Positions 19,377 through 29,381 of a stretch of DNA of 64,000 bases are shown piece after piece. The number at the start of each line of letters is the position of its first letter. Positions within the stretch are counted from its first letter, which is position 1. The position numbers and the translations under genes were made by a program. Origin of the DNA: Thermodesulfobacteriota bacterium (GTDB taxonomy: Bacteria > Desulfobacterota_D > UBA1144 > Nemesobacterales > Nemesobacteraceae); NCBI GenBank assembly GCA_047518015.1, contig JAKZRS010000002.1, positions 10,168 to 74,167 on the forward strand. The letters run 5' to 3'. A model generated the notes under the pieces. The model saw only the letters and a list, made by a program, of their open reading frames with translations. It searched no databases and was not told the DNA's origin.

Positions 19377-19913
19377 ATGCCAAAAAAATGGAAGCTTCAA
19401 AAAAGCACTCAGCTTAACGATTACAGGATTTTCTCGACGAGGAAGAAAACCAGCGTTTCGCCCAAAGACGGCGCCGTCCACGACTTCTACGTAATAGACT
19501 CTCCAGACTGGGTTAATATTATTGGCGTTACTCCCGCCGGTGAAATTGTTTTGATAAAACAGTTTCGCCACGGCACCGGAGAGATCACTCTTGAGATTCC
19601 GGGTGGAATGGTTGACCCGGGAGAAAGCCCTGTTGAATGCGCGCGCAGAGAGCTGCTTGAAGAAACTGGATTTACCTCTTCCCGATGGGAGCAGATAGGA
19701 TGCGTTCGGCCGAATCCGGCCTTCATGTCAAACTCCTGCTTTACCTTCCTGGCATCTGGGTGCGAGCGGACATCGGAACCCTCCTTTGACGCTACCGAAG
19801 ATATAGAGACCCTGCTTGTCGCTCCCCCCGAAGTAAAACGATACATAAGGGAAGGAACCATAGACCACTGCATAGTGATAGCTGCGTTCGGGTTTTACTT
19901 TTTCGCGGAGTGA
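19377..19913 (+). CDS. NUDIX hydrolase (ADP-ribose pyrophosphatase-like)
   Basis: Nudix box GGMVDPGESPVECARRELLEETG. Confidence 0.8.
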   Translation: MPKKWKLQKSTQLNDYRIFSTRKKTSVSPKDGAVHDFYVIDSPDWVNIIGVTPAGEIVLIKQFRHGTGEITLEIPGGMVDPGESPVECARRELLEETGFTSSRWEQIGCVRPNPAFMSNSCFTFLASGCERTSEPSFDATEDIETLLVAPPEVKRYIREGTIDHCIVIAAFGFYFFAE

Positions 19914-19962
19914 TCCTGTTGATTTCTCCGGGTTTAGCAAGAATAATAGTCCCCTATCTTAA

Positions 19963-20046
19963 GGGCGGGTGGCGGAACAGGTAGACGCGACGGCCTCAAA
20001 AGCCGTTGGACTTCGGTCCGTGAGGGTTCGATTCCCTCTCCGCCCA
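19963..20046 (+). tRNA. tRNA-Leu (anticodon CAA)
   Basis: GGGCGGGTGGCGGAACAGGTAGACGCG…CTCAAAA anticodon loop, long variable arm, GGTTCGATTCC T-loop. The 3' CCA is not encoded. Confidence 0.85.
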
Positions 20047-20094
20047 GAAAAAAAAGCGTCCGCTCTTTTCTCCTTTTCGGTAACTCCCGGATCC

Positions 20095-21243
20095 TCAGTA
20101 CCTGACCATATCCGAGTCGTACTTAACAGCCCACTCGTCTATGCCGCCTTTGAGATTCTTCACCTTGCTGAAACCCTGCTCGACAAGGAAAGTCGCAGCC
20201 TTCATGCTTCTCCCCCCGTGGTGGCAGTGAACGACTATGTCGTCTCGGGGATCAAGTTCGTCCGTCCTGTCCTTGAGTTCGCCCAGAGGAATAAGCCTTG
20301 AACCCTCAATACTGCATATCTCGTACTCATGGGGCTCCCTTACGTCGATCAGAACGATATCAGCCTTGTTTTCCTTAATAAGGCTGAATTCCTCAACGGT
20401 TATCTCTTCGACCGCGGGTTTTTCCTCTTTGGTCTCTTCGCCTCTTCCGATGCCGCAGAACTCTTGATAATCTATAAGTTCAGTTACAGTGGGATTCTCG
20501 CCGCAGACAGGGCACTCGGGATCTTTTCTAAGCTTAAGTATCCTGGGCTCCATGTTGAGAATATCGATAAAAAGAAGTCTTCCAATAAGCGGCGTTCCCT
20601 TGCCGATTATAAGCTTTACGACCTCGGATGCCTGCATGGTCCCCACCACTCCGGGCAGTATTCCCAGCACTCCTCCTTCGGCGCAACTCGGCACGAGTTC
20701 CGGTGGAGGGGGCTCCGGATAGAGACACCTGTAGCAGGGGCCTCTTTTCGCGTCAAACACGCTTACCTGGCCCTCGAACCTGAAGATACTTCCGTAAACG
20801 TTCGGAATTCCAAGGAAAACACAGGCGTCGTTTGTAAGATACCTAGTGGCGAAATTGTCCGTTCCGTCAACAACCATGTCGTAGTCCCCCATGATCTCCA
20901 TAGCGTTACCTGAATTCAGCATTTCGTTATAGGTAACGATATTGGTATCGGAGTTAAGCTCCAAAAGACGGTCTCTTGCGGATTCCACCTTGGACTTGCC
21001 TACGGTTTTTTCGCTGTGGATCACCTGTCTTTGCAGGTTGCTGAAATCCACAACGTCAAAATCCAGTATTCCCAAGGTGCCGACCCCAGCAGCCGCGAGG
21101 TAGAGAGCAAGCGGAGACCCAAGCCCTCCGGCACCGATACACAGGACCCTTGAGTTCTTGAGTTTTTTCTGTCCCTCAATGCCGACTTCGGGCATTATAA
21201 GGTGCCTGCTGTACCTCGCTATCTCCTGGTTGCTCAAGTCCAT
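20095..21243 (-). CDS. moeB: Molybdopterin/thiamine-family adenylyltransferase with C-terminal rhodanese domain (MoeB/MoeZ-like)
   Basis: ThiF/MoeB fold (GAGGLGSP, CxxC…CxxC zinc site) plus a C-terminal rhodanese domain with an active-site Cys (VVHCHHGGRS). Confidence 0.85.
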   Translation of the reverse strand: MDLSNQEIARYSRHLIMPEVGIEGQKKLKNSRVLCIGAGGLGSPLALYLAAAGVGTLGILDFDVVDFSNLQRQVIHSEKTVGKSKVESARDRLLELNSDTNIVTYNEMLNSGNAMEIMGDYDMVVDGTDNFATRYLTNDACVFLGIPNVYGSIFRFEGQVSVFDAKRGPCYRCLYPEPPPPELVPSCAEGGVLGILPGVVGTMQASEVVKLIIGKGTPLIGRLLFIDILNMEPRILKLRKDPECPVCGENPTVTELIDYQEFCGIGRGEETKEEKPAVEEITVEEFSLIKENKADIVLIDVREPHEYEICSIEGSRLIPLGELKDRTDELDPRDDIVVHCHHGGRSMKAATFLVEQGFSKVKNLKGGIDEWAVKYDSDMVRY

Positions 21244-21400
21244 CGATCAGTACCTTCCTTGCGAATCTGGAATTGTAAAATATCCAAAACAGTAAACTAG
21301 TACATGATTTGCATATTTTCAAACCGCGAACGCAACTGTCACGTCAGTTGAGAAACAGAGAATTTTCCTGGGAACCCGAAATAAACGGATTCAGAGTTCC

Positions 21401-21604
21401 TTAGGAAGTCTTCATGACGTTGGTTGCGGTGGGACCTTTCTTACCCTGAATAATCTCAAAGCTTACTTCGTCACCTTCATTGAGGCTCTTGTAACCATCG
21501 CCATCAATAGCGGTGTAATGAACAAAAACATCATCCTGCACATCGTTAGATGTGATAAATCCATAGCCCTTCGAACTATTAAACCATTTTACAGTTCCCT
21601 GCAT
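21401..21604 (-). CDS. cspA: Cold-shock protein (CspA family)
   Basis: [19 protein letters not shown]…[11 protein letters not shown]1/RNP2 motifs, 67 aa. Confidence 0.9.
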   Translation of the reverse strand: MQGTVKWFNSSKGYGFITSNDVQDDVFVHYTAIDGDGYKSLNEGDEVSFEIIQGKKGPTATNVMKTS

Positions 21605-21801
21605 AGTAATATTTACCTCTAATAATTAAGATTTGCGGGATTATTCCACAGCAAAGTTGTTTTGTCAAATAGAATTTTTATCCGCCCCCAAATAAAATTC
21701 CTGGTGCAGTGAAAAAGAGTAGTGGTTCTCGAAGTTTTTCGCAGTATAATTAAGGGATCTCGAATCCGCGGAAAGCGAATTCTTACACAGGTACAAAGTC
21801 A

Positions 21802-22356
21802 ATGGAATATAGAAAAAGAAGAACAATCTACATTTTATGCATAGTGGTATTTCTCCTCGGAGTGGGTCTTTTCTTTTATAACGTCGGGAGAAGTTTCAGC
21901 GGGCTTGGTGCGACGCTGAGTGAATATACTTTTCCGGGAGACCATTCTCTTCGGCTTGAAGAAGAGGGGCTTTATTCGATCTATCACCAGTACGGGAGTA
22001 TTTCCGAGGGGAAGGAGACAAGAGACGAATCGATTGAGGACGGCTCGATAGTCGTTTATCTAAAGAAAATTCCAGGAGAGGAAAATGTGGAACTCAGGGT
22101 TCCGGATTCGCGGAAAAGATACAGCTATATGGGGAAAAAGGGAGTAAAGATACTTGAGTTTGAAAACCCTAAGCCGGCAAGTTACGTAATCGAATCTTTT
22201 TCCGGCGCTCCTTCGCAGAACGCCTCTTACACCCTGGTCATTGAACACGGATTCGAGATGACCAGGCTTAAGGGAATACTCATTTCTCAGGCGTTTTTGC
22301 TTGTCCCGATTCTTTTCGCGATAATACTTTTCATGCGCACCTACATAAGGAACTGA
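21802..22356 (+). CDS. Hypothetical membrane protein (N- and C-terminal transmembrane segments)
   Basis: ORF with hydrophobic segments at both termini. No family recognised. Confidence 0.4.
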   Translation: MEYRKRRTIYILCIVVFLLGVGLFFYNVGRSFSGLGATLSEYTFPGDHSLRLEEEGLYSIYHQYGSISEGKETRDESIEDGSIVVYLKKIPGEENVELRVPDSRKRYSYMGKKGVKILEFENPKPASYVIESFSGAPSQNASYTLVIEHGFEMTRLKGILISQAFLLVPILFAIILFMRTYIRN

Positions 22357-22365
22357 CCGTAGCGG

Positions 22366-23226
22366 ATGTTCAAAGACGTAAAATCCCGGGTTCTTGCTTT
22401 TGACATAGAGTGGGTTCCCGACCCTGAGTCGGGAAAGGCAGCGTACGGACTTCCCGAAGACATCTCCGATCGTGAAGCGATTGAGTTGATGTGGAAAGAG
22501 GGCGGGGCGACGGACGAAGAGCCCATGCCGTTTCTTAAAATGGTTCTCTCCAGGATAGTTTCGATCTCGATGGTTTTCCGGGAATCTGACAGGGACGGAG
22601 CGGTGTCTAGACTCAAGCTTCACTCCATTCCGTCAATTCCGACTTCCGCCGAAGACTGCTCGGAGAGAAGAATTATAGAAGACTTTTTCAAAATTCTCGA
22701 TAAGCACCACCCGCAGCTTGTTGGATACAACTCCTCGGGTTCTGATATACCGATTCTAGCTCAGAGAATGATTAAGAATGGGCTCCAGGGCGGTTTTTTT
22801 ACGGAAAGGCCTAACAGGCCCTGGGAAGGCGCTGATTTTTTCGCCCGCGGAAGCGACTGGAACATCGATCTAATGCGTTGCATAAGTGCGTGGGGGAAGG
22901 GCACCCCGTCTCTTCACGAAATATCTGTTGTAAGCGGAATCCCGGGGAAAATGGATGGCGTTGACGGGAAACAGGTCGCCCCGATGTGGCTTGATGGCAG
23001 GTTTGACGAAATAGTTGCCTATAACGAGTGTGACGCGCTTACAACCTATCTTCTATGGCTCAGAATGGCCCATTCGATTGGACACTTCGATTCCGAACAA
23101 TATGCCGAGGAGCAGCGGTTGCTTCGCGGAATGATAAAAGAAGAGTCAGCAAATCCCCAAAGGCGGCACCTTCTTAGTTACCTCTCAAAGTGGGAGAGCT
23201 TGGGCGGGGTCATGGCGGATGAGTGA
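22366..23226 (+). CDS. Predicted 3'-5' exonuclease, RNase H-like fold related to the PolB exonuclease domain (COG3298-like)
   Basis: An N-terminal FDIEWVPD exonuclease I-like motif and the overall length fit this family. The stop overlaps the trhO start as ATGA. Confidence 0.55.
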   Translation: MFKDVKSRVLAFDIEWVPDPESGKAAYGLPEDISDREAIELMWKEGGATDEEPMPFLKMVLSRIVSISMVFRESDRDGAVSRLKLHSIPSIPTSAEDCSERRIIEDFFKILDKHHPQLVGYNSSGSDIPILAQRMIKNGLQGGFFTERPNRPWEGADFFARGSDWNIDLMRCISAWGKGTPSLHEISVVSGIPGKMDGVDGKQVAPMWLDGRFDEIVAYNECDALTTYLLWLRMAHSIGHFDSEQYAEEQRLLRGMIKEESANPQRRHLLSYLSKWESLGGVMADE

Positions 23227-24181
23227 GCGGTCAGAAAATCGCGTCGTCGCCGTCCTTTCCTTCTACAAGTTCGTGGATCTTGACGGCCTTGAGGAGATAA
23301 AAGCTTCTTTGCTCTCGCTTTGCGAGAAAAACGGGATAAACGGCACTTTCATTCTTGCCTCGGAGGGGATAAACGCTACGGTGGCCGGTTCCCGGGAAGG
23401 GATAGATCGGCTTATCGCTTATCTTGAGAGCGATCCGAAGCTCTCGGGCGCAGGGTATAAGCTCAGTTGTAACGAGCGAAGCCCATTTCACAGGCTCAAG
23501 GTTAAATTCAAAAAGGAACTGGTTCCGACGGGTGTGGGCGACATAGAGCCGCAGCGGCTCTCAGGACGGCGCGTCTCGCCCGCAGAGTGGAACGAGCTTG
23601 TAAGCCGTCCCGACGTACTCCTGATAGACACGAGAAACGATTACGAGTACCACGTCGGAACCTTCAGGGGTGCGGTAAACCCGAAGACGGCCCATTTCAG
23701 GGAGTTTCCCGAGTACGTACGGCAAAACCTAGACTCCGGCAAACACACGGAGATAGCGATGTTCTGCACGGGCGGGATAAGGTGCGAGAAAGCGACCTCG
23801 TATCTTCTCGAGCGGGGATTTAAGCAAGTATATCAGCTTGAAGGAGGAGTGCTTTCGTACCTGGAGCAGGTACCCCCGGAGCAAAGCCTCTGGGAAGGGG
23901 AATGTTTTGTGTTTGACGACCGTACCTCGGTAGACCACGATCTTGAGAAGGGAACCTGGAGTACGTGTAGAAACTGTAGGGAGCCTGTATCTGCGGAAGA
24001 CAGGGAATCCAAGGGGTTTCGGGAGGGGATATCTTGCCCGCGTTGCCACGGGAGACTTACGCCAGGGAGAATTTCATCACTTGAGGAAAGACAGAAACAG
24101 ATGAGACTTGCCCGGGAGAGAAACCAAAAACATCTGGGGGCCGTAATAAAAAGAGGTAACCCGAAATGGGCAGAGGGGTAA
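23219..24181 (+). CDS. trhO: Rhodanese-related tRNA uridine(34) hydroxylase TrhO (YceA/UPF0176)
   Basis: Rhodanese domain with CTGGIRCEKA and a C-terminal Cys cluster (CRNC…CPRCHG), typical of TrhO. Confidence 0.8.
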   Translation: MSERSENRVVAVLSFYKFVDLDGLEEIKASLLSLCEKNGINGTFILASEGINATVAGSREGIDRLIAYLESDPKLSGAGYKLSCNERSPFHRLKVKFKKELVPTGVGDIEPQRLSGRRVSPAEWNELVSRPDVLLIDTRNDYEYHVGTFRGAVNPKTAHFREFPEYVRQNLDSGKHTEIAMFCTGGIRCEKATSYLLERGFKQVYQLEGGVLSYLEQVPPEQSLWEGECFVFDDRTSVDHDLEKGTWSTCRNCREPVSAEDRESKGFREGISCPRCHGRLTPGRISSLEERQKQMRLARERNQKHLGAVIKRGNPKWAEG

Positions 24182-24183
24182 TC

Positions 24184-25782
24184 TCAGGTGCTTAGCTCGT
24201 CTTTTAATATCTTGTAGTCTATGCTGTCGACAAGGGCTTTCCAGCTTGCTTCCACTATATTGTCAGAGACTCCCACAGTGCTCCAGGTTCTCTCCCCGTC
24301 TCCCGATTGGACAAGCACTCTCACGACGGAATCGGTACCGCCTGACCTCGACACGACCCTTACCCTGTAATCCAGCAGTCGCAGAGTCTTTAGTGCGGGG
24401 AAGAACTTCTCAAGCGATTTCCTAAGGGCCCCGTCTATCGCGTTTACGGGACCGTTTCCCCTTGCCACGGTATATTCCGTAACGCCGTTTACCTGGACCT
24501 CGGCGGTTGCTTCGGAGAGCGGTTCTTTGTCTCCCTCCCTCTTTTCGACCAGCGTTCTGGTGTTTTTGAGGTAAAACCGCTTTTTGTAGGTTCCGAGAGT
24601 TTTCCTCACCAGCAGTTCAAAAGACGCGTCAGCCCCCTCGAACTCGTAACCTTGGTTTTCAAGAATTTTGAGCTCGTTCAGTATTTCAATAATTCTTTCG
24701 TCCTTGGGGTCTATGTCCACTCCCAGTTCCTGGGCCTTGTAAGCTATGTTTGCCCGGCCTGAGAGGTCCGAGACCAGAACCCGCCTTCTGTTGCCGACAC
24801 TCTGGGGTTCTATATGCTCGTAAGTATCGGAATTTTTCATTACGGCGCTTACGTGAATTCCCCCTTTATGCGCGAAAGCGCTTTCACCTACATAGGCCTG
24901 CTTATTAAGAGGGGGGAGGTTTGTAAGTTCATGAATGAAATGGGATACGGAATAGAGTTTACGCAAGTTCTCCCTGGAAATAGAGTTCATCCCGAGTTTT
25001 ATGGCTATATTGGGTATTATGGCGCAGAGGTTGGCGTTGCCGCACCGCTCCCCGTAACCGTTCATGGTTCCCTGAACCTGAGAAGCTCCCTCCCTTACGG
25101 CGTAGAGGCTGTTTGCGACCCCGACTTCACCGTCGTTGTGGGTATGTATTCCTATACTCGGGTTATCGAACCTGCTGTTAACCTTTTTTATGGCGCTTTC
25201 TATATCCCAAGGCATCGAGCCGCCGTTTGTGTCGCATAGAACCACCGTGTCAACTCCGGCCTCAAAGGCCGTCTCAAGGACTTTTGTGGAATACTCTGAG
25301 TTTCCCCTCCAGCCGTCAAAGAAGTGTTCGGCGTCGAAAAACACCTTGTCCACGCGGCGCTTGAGGTATTCGATTGAGTCGTTTACGAGCTCAAGGTTTT
25401 CCTCGAGCCCTATTTTGAGAGCTTCGGTCACCTGAAAATCCCAGCTTTTTCCGACGATTGTCACAACGGGGGTTTCTGCCTGGAGAAGCGCCTGGATGCT
25501 AGAATCTTCTTCGCAGCTTTTTTTCGCGCGTCTCGTGCTTCCGAAAGCCGCCACGCTTGCGTTTTTAAGCCCCAGTTTTTTTGCTTCTTCAAAGTACCCC
25601 TTATCCCTCTCGTTTGAGCCTGGCCATCCTCCCTCTATGTAATGCACCCCGAGGTCATCCAGTCTTTCCGTTATCCGGACCTTGTCGTTTATGGAAAAGG
25701 ATATATTTTCTCCCTGGGTCCCGTCACGCAGGGTCACATCGTATATTTCAACGGTTTTAGAGTTACTCATCGGTTTTTCCAA
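24184..25782 (-). CDS. cimA: Citramalate synthase / 2-isopropylmalate synthase family (CimA-like with LeuA regulatory domain)
   Basis: YDVTLRDGTQ… HMGL-like catalytic domain plus a C-terminal LeuA-dimerisation-like domain, 532 aa. Paired with lysC as in other cimA loci. Confidence 0.75.
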   Translation of the reverse strand: MEKPMSNSKTVEIYDVTLRDGTQGENISFSINDKVRITERLDDLGVHYIEGGWPGSNERDKGYFEEAKKLGLKNASVAAFGSTRRAKKSCEEDSSIQALLQAETPVVTIVGKSWDFQVTEALKIGLEENLELVNDSIEYLKRRVDKVFFDAEHFFDGWRGNSEYSTKVLETAFEAGVDTVVLCDTNGGSMPWDIESAIKKVNSRFDNPSIGIHTHNDGEVGVANSLYAVREGASQVQGTMNGYGERCGNANLCAIIPNIAIKLGMNSISRENLRKLYSVSHFIHELTNLPPLNKQAYVGESAFAHKGGIHVSAVMKNSDTYEHIEPQSVGNRRRVLVSDLSGRANIAYKAQELGVDIDPKDERIIEILNELKILENQGYEFEGADASFELLVRKTLGTYKKRFYLKNTRTLVEKREGDKEPLSEATAEVQVNGVTEYTVARGNGPVNAIDGALRKSLEKFFPALKTLRLLDYRVRVVSRSGGTDSVVRVLVQSGDGERTWSTVGVSDNIVEASWKALVDSIDYKILKDELST

Positions 25783-27001
25783 GATTAAAAGCGTCGTGAA
25801 GGGTTCTCACGGCGGTTTCGGTGTCTTTTTCCTCGAGCACGCAGGAGATTTTTATTTCCGAAGTGCTTATCAGCATAATGTTAATTCTCTCGTTTGCAAG
25901 CGCTCGGAACATGCGGGACGCCACTCCAGAATGAGTCTTCATCCCCACCCCCACTAAAGAGATTTTGGAGATAAGGTTGTCGGAGAGCACCTGCTTTGCC
26001 CCGAGTTCCTGTGCCATCTTCTCCGAGAGTTCTATTGATTTCTTGAAATCCGACTTGGGAACGGTGAACGTGAGGTCAGTAAACCCCTCCACGCTGATGT
26101 TCTGAACGATCATGTCGACGACTATGTTTTTGTCCGCAAGCGACGAGAAAAGCATCGCCGCTATGCCGGGCTGGTCGGGCATCTGCGTCACGGTGATTTT
26201 CGCCTGGTCCCTGTCATAGGTTACTCCCGATACAACAACATCTTCCATGGATTCCATAACTTTTTCCTCGTCAAGAACCCACGTTCCCTCGTCCCCGGGC
26301 CTTGGAGTTGATTTAACATGTATAGGCACTTTAAATTTTTTTGCAAATTCAACCGCGCGGGCCTGTAGCACCTTGGATCCCAGAGATGCCATTTCAAGCA
26401 TTTCGTCGTAGGAAATCCGGCTGAGTTTTCTGGCGTCCGGACAGATCGACGGATCCGTGGTGTAGACCCCGTCGACGTCATCTTTGTAGAGTTCGCACGC
26501 ATCAGCGCCCATTACAGCCGCGAGCGCCACAGCGGTCAGGTCGGAACCTCCCCGCCCGAGCGTGGTAAGGTTTCCGTCCTCGTCAACTCCTTGGAATCCG
26601 GCTATGACGACCGCCTTCTTTTCTCCGAGGGCAAGGCGGACATTCCTGTCGTCGATCGATTTTATCTTCGCCTTCGAGTAAATGTTGTCTGTAGTGATCC
26701 TTATCTGATGTCCTTGGAACGATATCGCGTCCTCACCGAGCGATTTTATCGTCATCGCCAGAAGACCGGAAGAGACCTGTTCCCCGCTTGAGGTTATCAC
26801 GTCAAACTCCCTTTCGTCAGGAGGGTCCATGACCTCTTTTGCGAGGCCGACGAGCCTGTCGGTTTCTCCCGCCATCGCGGAAACCACCGCTATCACGTCA
26901 TTTTTTTTTCTTTTCGTTTCTACAACGTGCTTGGCCACGCGCCTTATTTTCTCGATGCTCGCAACGCTTGTTCCGCCGTATTTCTGAATGACAAGAGCCA
27001 T
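25763..27001 (-). CDS. lysC: Aspartate kinase
   Basis: MALVIQKYGGTSV… amino-acid kinase domain and two C-terminal ACT domains. Confidence 0.9.
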   Translation of the reverse strand: MALVIQKYGGTSVASIEKIRRVAKHVVETKRKKNDVIAVVSAMAGETDRLVGLAKEVMDPPDEREFDVITSSGEQVSSGLLAMTIKSLGEDAISFQGHQIRITTDNIYSKAKIKSIDDRNVRLALGEKKAVVIAGFQGVDEDGNLTTLGRGGSDLTAVALAAVMGADACELYKDDVDGVYTTDPSICPDARKLSRISYDEMLEMASLGSKVLQARAVEFAKKFKVPIHVKSTPRPGDEGTWVLDEEKVMESMEDVVVSGVTYDRDQAKITVTQMPDQPGIAAMLFSSLADKNIVVDMIVQNISVEGFTDLTFTVPKSDFKKSIELSEKMAQELGAKQVLSDNLISKISLVGVGMKTHSGVASRMFRALANERINIMLISTSEIKISCVLEEKDTETAVRTLHDAFNLGKTDE

Positions 27002-27438
27002 TTTCCCTCACCTGTTACTTTTATCGTTCTTGATTCATCATCCGCTCGGGGCGGAGATTGGATATCAATTATAACAGCGTTTGCCGGTAATACATCCCGG
27101 ACCCTGTCCGCCCATTCCACGACCGAAACGCCGTCTCCGTAAAAAAATTCCTCGTAGCCCGTATCCTCAAATTCTGGGCCGCCCGAGAGCCTGTAGACGT
27201 CAAAATGAAAAAGAGGAATCCTCCCTTCATAGCAGTTCATTATGACGAAAGTCGGGCTGTTTGGTTCCTCCTTTATTCCAAGACCGCGGGCAAGACCCTT
27301 GGCAAAAACCGTTTTTCCCGCGCCAAGGTCTCCCGTAAGACCCACTATTGAGCCACGGGGGATCAGTTTTCCCATTACCTCGCCGCAAAGCATCGTCTGT
27401 TCAGGCTTGCTGACTTCTAGGAGGAATCCGTTTTCCAT
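26944..27438 (-). CDS. tsaE: tRNA threonylcarbamoyladenosine biosynthesis protein TsaE
   Basis: P-loop GDLGAGKTVFAKGLARGLG and the typical TsaE size. The 3' end overlaps the lysC start by ~58 nt. Confidence 0.8.
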   Translation of the reverse strand: MENGFLLEVSKPEQTMLCGEVMGKLIPRGSIVGLTGDLGAGKTVFAKGLARGLGIKEEPNSPTFVIMNCYEGRIPLFHFDVYRLSGGPEFEDTGYEEFFYGDGVSVVEWADRVRDVLPANAVIIDIQSPPRADDESRTIKVTGEGKWLLSFRNTAEQALRASRK

Positions 27439-27443
27439 GGGAA

Positions 27444-29000
27444 TTATCTTATCGTAGCGAAGTGCTTTTCTTCCGTGGATGAGATGATCGAATTTCTTGA
27501 AGCCGGGATTTTACGCGATATTTCAGACGCGGTAAAACCCGCCGTACCCGTTTCTTCGAGAAGAAGGTCCGCAGCGTGACCGTGGAGAAAGACGCCGAGA
27601 AGGCAGGACTGAAGACAGTCGTATCCCTGTGCCGCGAGTCCCCCGATTATTCCCGTAAGCACGTCTCCGGTTCCGGCCGTGGCCATGGCGGAATTTCCAG
27701 TCGGGTTTATGAATACCTCTCCGCCAGGGGTGGTGACGACTGTCCGGGCGCCTTTTAGAACGATGTAGCAGCCGTATTCTTCGGAAAACCGTGTTGAGAT
27801 TCCGACGCGGTCATCCTGAACCTGTTTTGTTCTAACGCCGCAGAGCCTCGCCATTTCGCCGGGATGCGGAGTTATTACCGCGGGAACTTTTGTTTTCCTG
27901 AGAATATCCGGGTTCTTTGAAATTATGTTAAGTGCGTCGGCGTCAAGCGTGACCGGCACTTCACATTGCGCTATCACCTTTTCAAGAAACTTCCCGGTGC
28001 TTCGCGAAGTCGATATTCCTGGGCCGACGGCAAGCGCCGTTTTTTTTCCGTCAAGCTCTCGGAGCACTTCTTCATGCGCGTCCGGGTGGAAGGTTCCGTC
28101 TTTTGAGTCCTTAAGCGAAACGGACATTACCTCTGTCGTTTTTTCCTCCACGGCCGGGGATATGCTGTTTGGAACCCCTAGGGTGACGAGTCCGCTTCCG
28201 GCCCGAAGCGCCGCCTCGGCGCAGAGAACCGCGGCCCCGCTTTTCCCCGGAGAACCCGCGAGCACAAGAAGATGTCCGTAGGTTCCCTTGTGGGAATCGG
28301 CGGCCCTTTTCTTTATAAGTCCCCGGCATTTTTGAAACGTGAGAAGCTCAAGGGGGAGATCCTCCTTGAGCAGCCTGGGGATTGTTATATCCGCTACGCA
28401 AAGCTTTCCCGCGTAATCCACTCCCGGGTAAATGCATATCCCAAGCTTCGCGGGAGCGAATGTGACCGTGACGTCCGCCTGTACCGCTACCCCAAGAGGT
28501 CGTCCCGTGTCGGCGTCAAGCCCCGAGGGTATGTCAACGCAGACGCACGGGGCGCTCTGGCGATTTATGAATTTTATCAGCTTTTCGTAAAACCCTCCCA
28601 CATCCCTGTCAAGTCCGGTGCCGAAAATGGCGTCGACTATCACGTCTGCGTCCTTTATTCTGGGGAGCTTTCCACCTAGTTCCCTTACCTCAGCCCCGAT
28701 TTCGAGAAGTGAGTCGAGATTTGTTTTTGCGTCTCCCCTGTAGCGCTCTTTTCTCTCGGCGATGTGGATGCTCACAGCTTTTCCCGAGGAAATCAGATGG
28801 CGAGCGATTACGAAGCCGTCCCCGGCGTTGTTTCCGGCGCCGCAGATAACCGCCATTTTCTCTGCGGAGGGATATTCGGCGAGGATGGCTGATGCCACTG
28901 CCCTTCCGGCATTTTCCATCAGTACGACGCCCGGAATGCCGAATTCCTCAATCGTCCTTCGGTCTATTTCCCTTGAGACCTGCTTTGTTGAGAGTTTCAT
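27444..29000 (-). CDS. nnr: Bifunctional NAD(P)H-hydrate repair enzyme Nnr (epimerase and ADP-dependent dehydratase; YjeF)
   Basis: N-terminal YjeF_N (…CGAGNNAGDG…) and C-terminal carbohydrate-kinase-like dehydratase (…GPGISTS… GGAGTGDVL…). Confidence 0.9.
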   Translation of the reverse strand: MKLSTKQVSREIDRRTIEEFGIPGVVLMENAGRAVASAILAEYPSAEKMAVICGAGNNAGDGFVIARHLISSGKAVSIHIAERKERYRGDAKTNLDSLLEIGAEVRELGGKLPRIKDADVIVDAIFGTGLDRDVGGFYEKLIKFINRQSAPCVCVDIPSGLDADTGRPLGVAVQADVTVTFAPAKLGICIYPGVDYAGKLCVADITIPRLLKEDLPLELLTFQKCRGLIKKRAADSHKGTYGHLLVLAGSPGKSGAAVLCAEAALRAGSGLVTLGVPNSISPAVEEKTTEVMSVSLKDSKDGTFHPDAHEEVLRELDGKKTALAVGPGISTSRSTGKFLEKVIAQCEVPVTLDADALNIISKNPDILRKTKVPAVITPHPGEMARLCGVRTKQVQDDRVGISTRFSEEYGCYIVLKGARTVVTTPGGEVFINPTGNSAMATAGTGDVLTGIIGGLAAQGYDCLQSCLLGVFLHGHAADLLLEETGTAGFTASEISRKIPASRNSIISSTEEKHFATIR

Positions 29001-29030
29001 GTTCTTCTTGAGGCAGTGCCCCGGATTTCC

Positions 29031-29312
29031 CTATTTCCCCATACCGCCCGCTCCCGTGGGTCTTGTGTCTCCGAACTCTTCTATATGTCTCGAGATGAAT
29101 TCCTCGGCGTGATCGAAGCAGAAGTAGTAGGAAAGAAGAATACTTCCGCTTCGGTTGACCGTGATCAGCTGGTAGTGGCGGCTGCAGATATCCACACCGC
29201 ACTTTATGCACTGCTTGATCGAGTTTCTTTCTCCCGCAAGCTCGCACCTTTCCCCGCCGGGGCTTACGTGATCACACTGGTAGATTTCAACTTCTATAGT
29301 TTTTACCGACAA
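29031..29312 (-). CDS. Hypothetical small Cys-rich protein (possible zinc ribbon)
   Basis: 93 aa with C13/C23 and C35-x2-C38-x4-C43. Transcribed divergently from the radical SAM gene. Confidence 0.35.
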   Translation of the reverse strand: MSVKTIEVEIYQCDHVSPGGERCELAGERNSIKQCIKCGVDICSRHYQLITVNRSGSILLSYYFCFDHAEEFISRHIEEFGDTRPTGAGGMGK

Positions 29313-29381
29313 AGCCTTTACCTCCCTTGAGTTTCTACGTTAATTATACAGTTTTGCGTAGGAGTTTGGTAAATCACGCGG

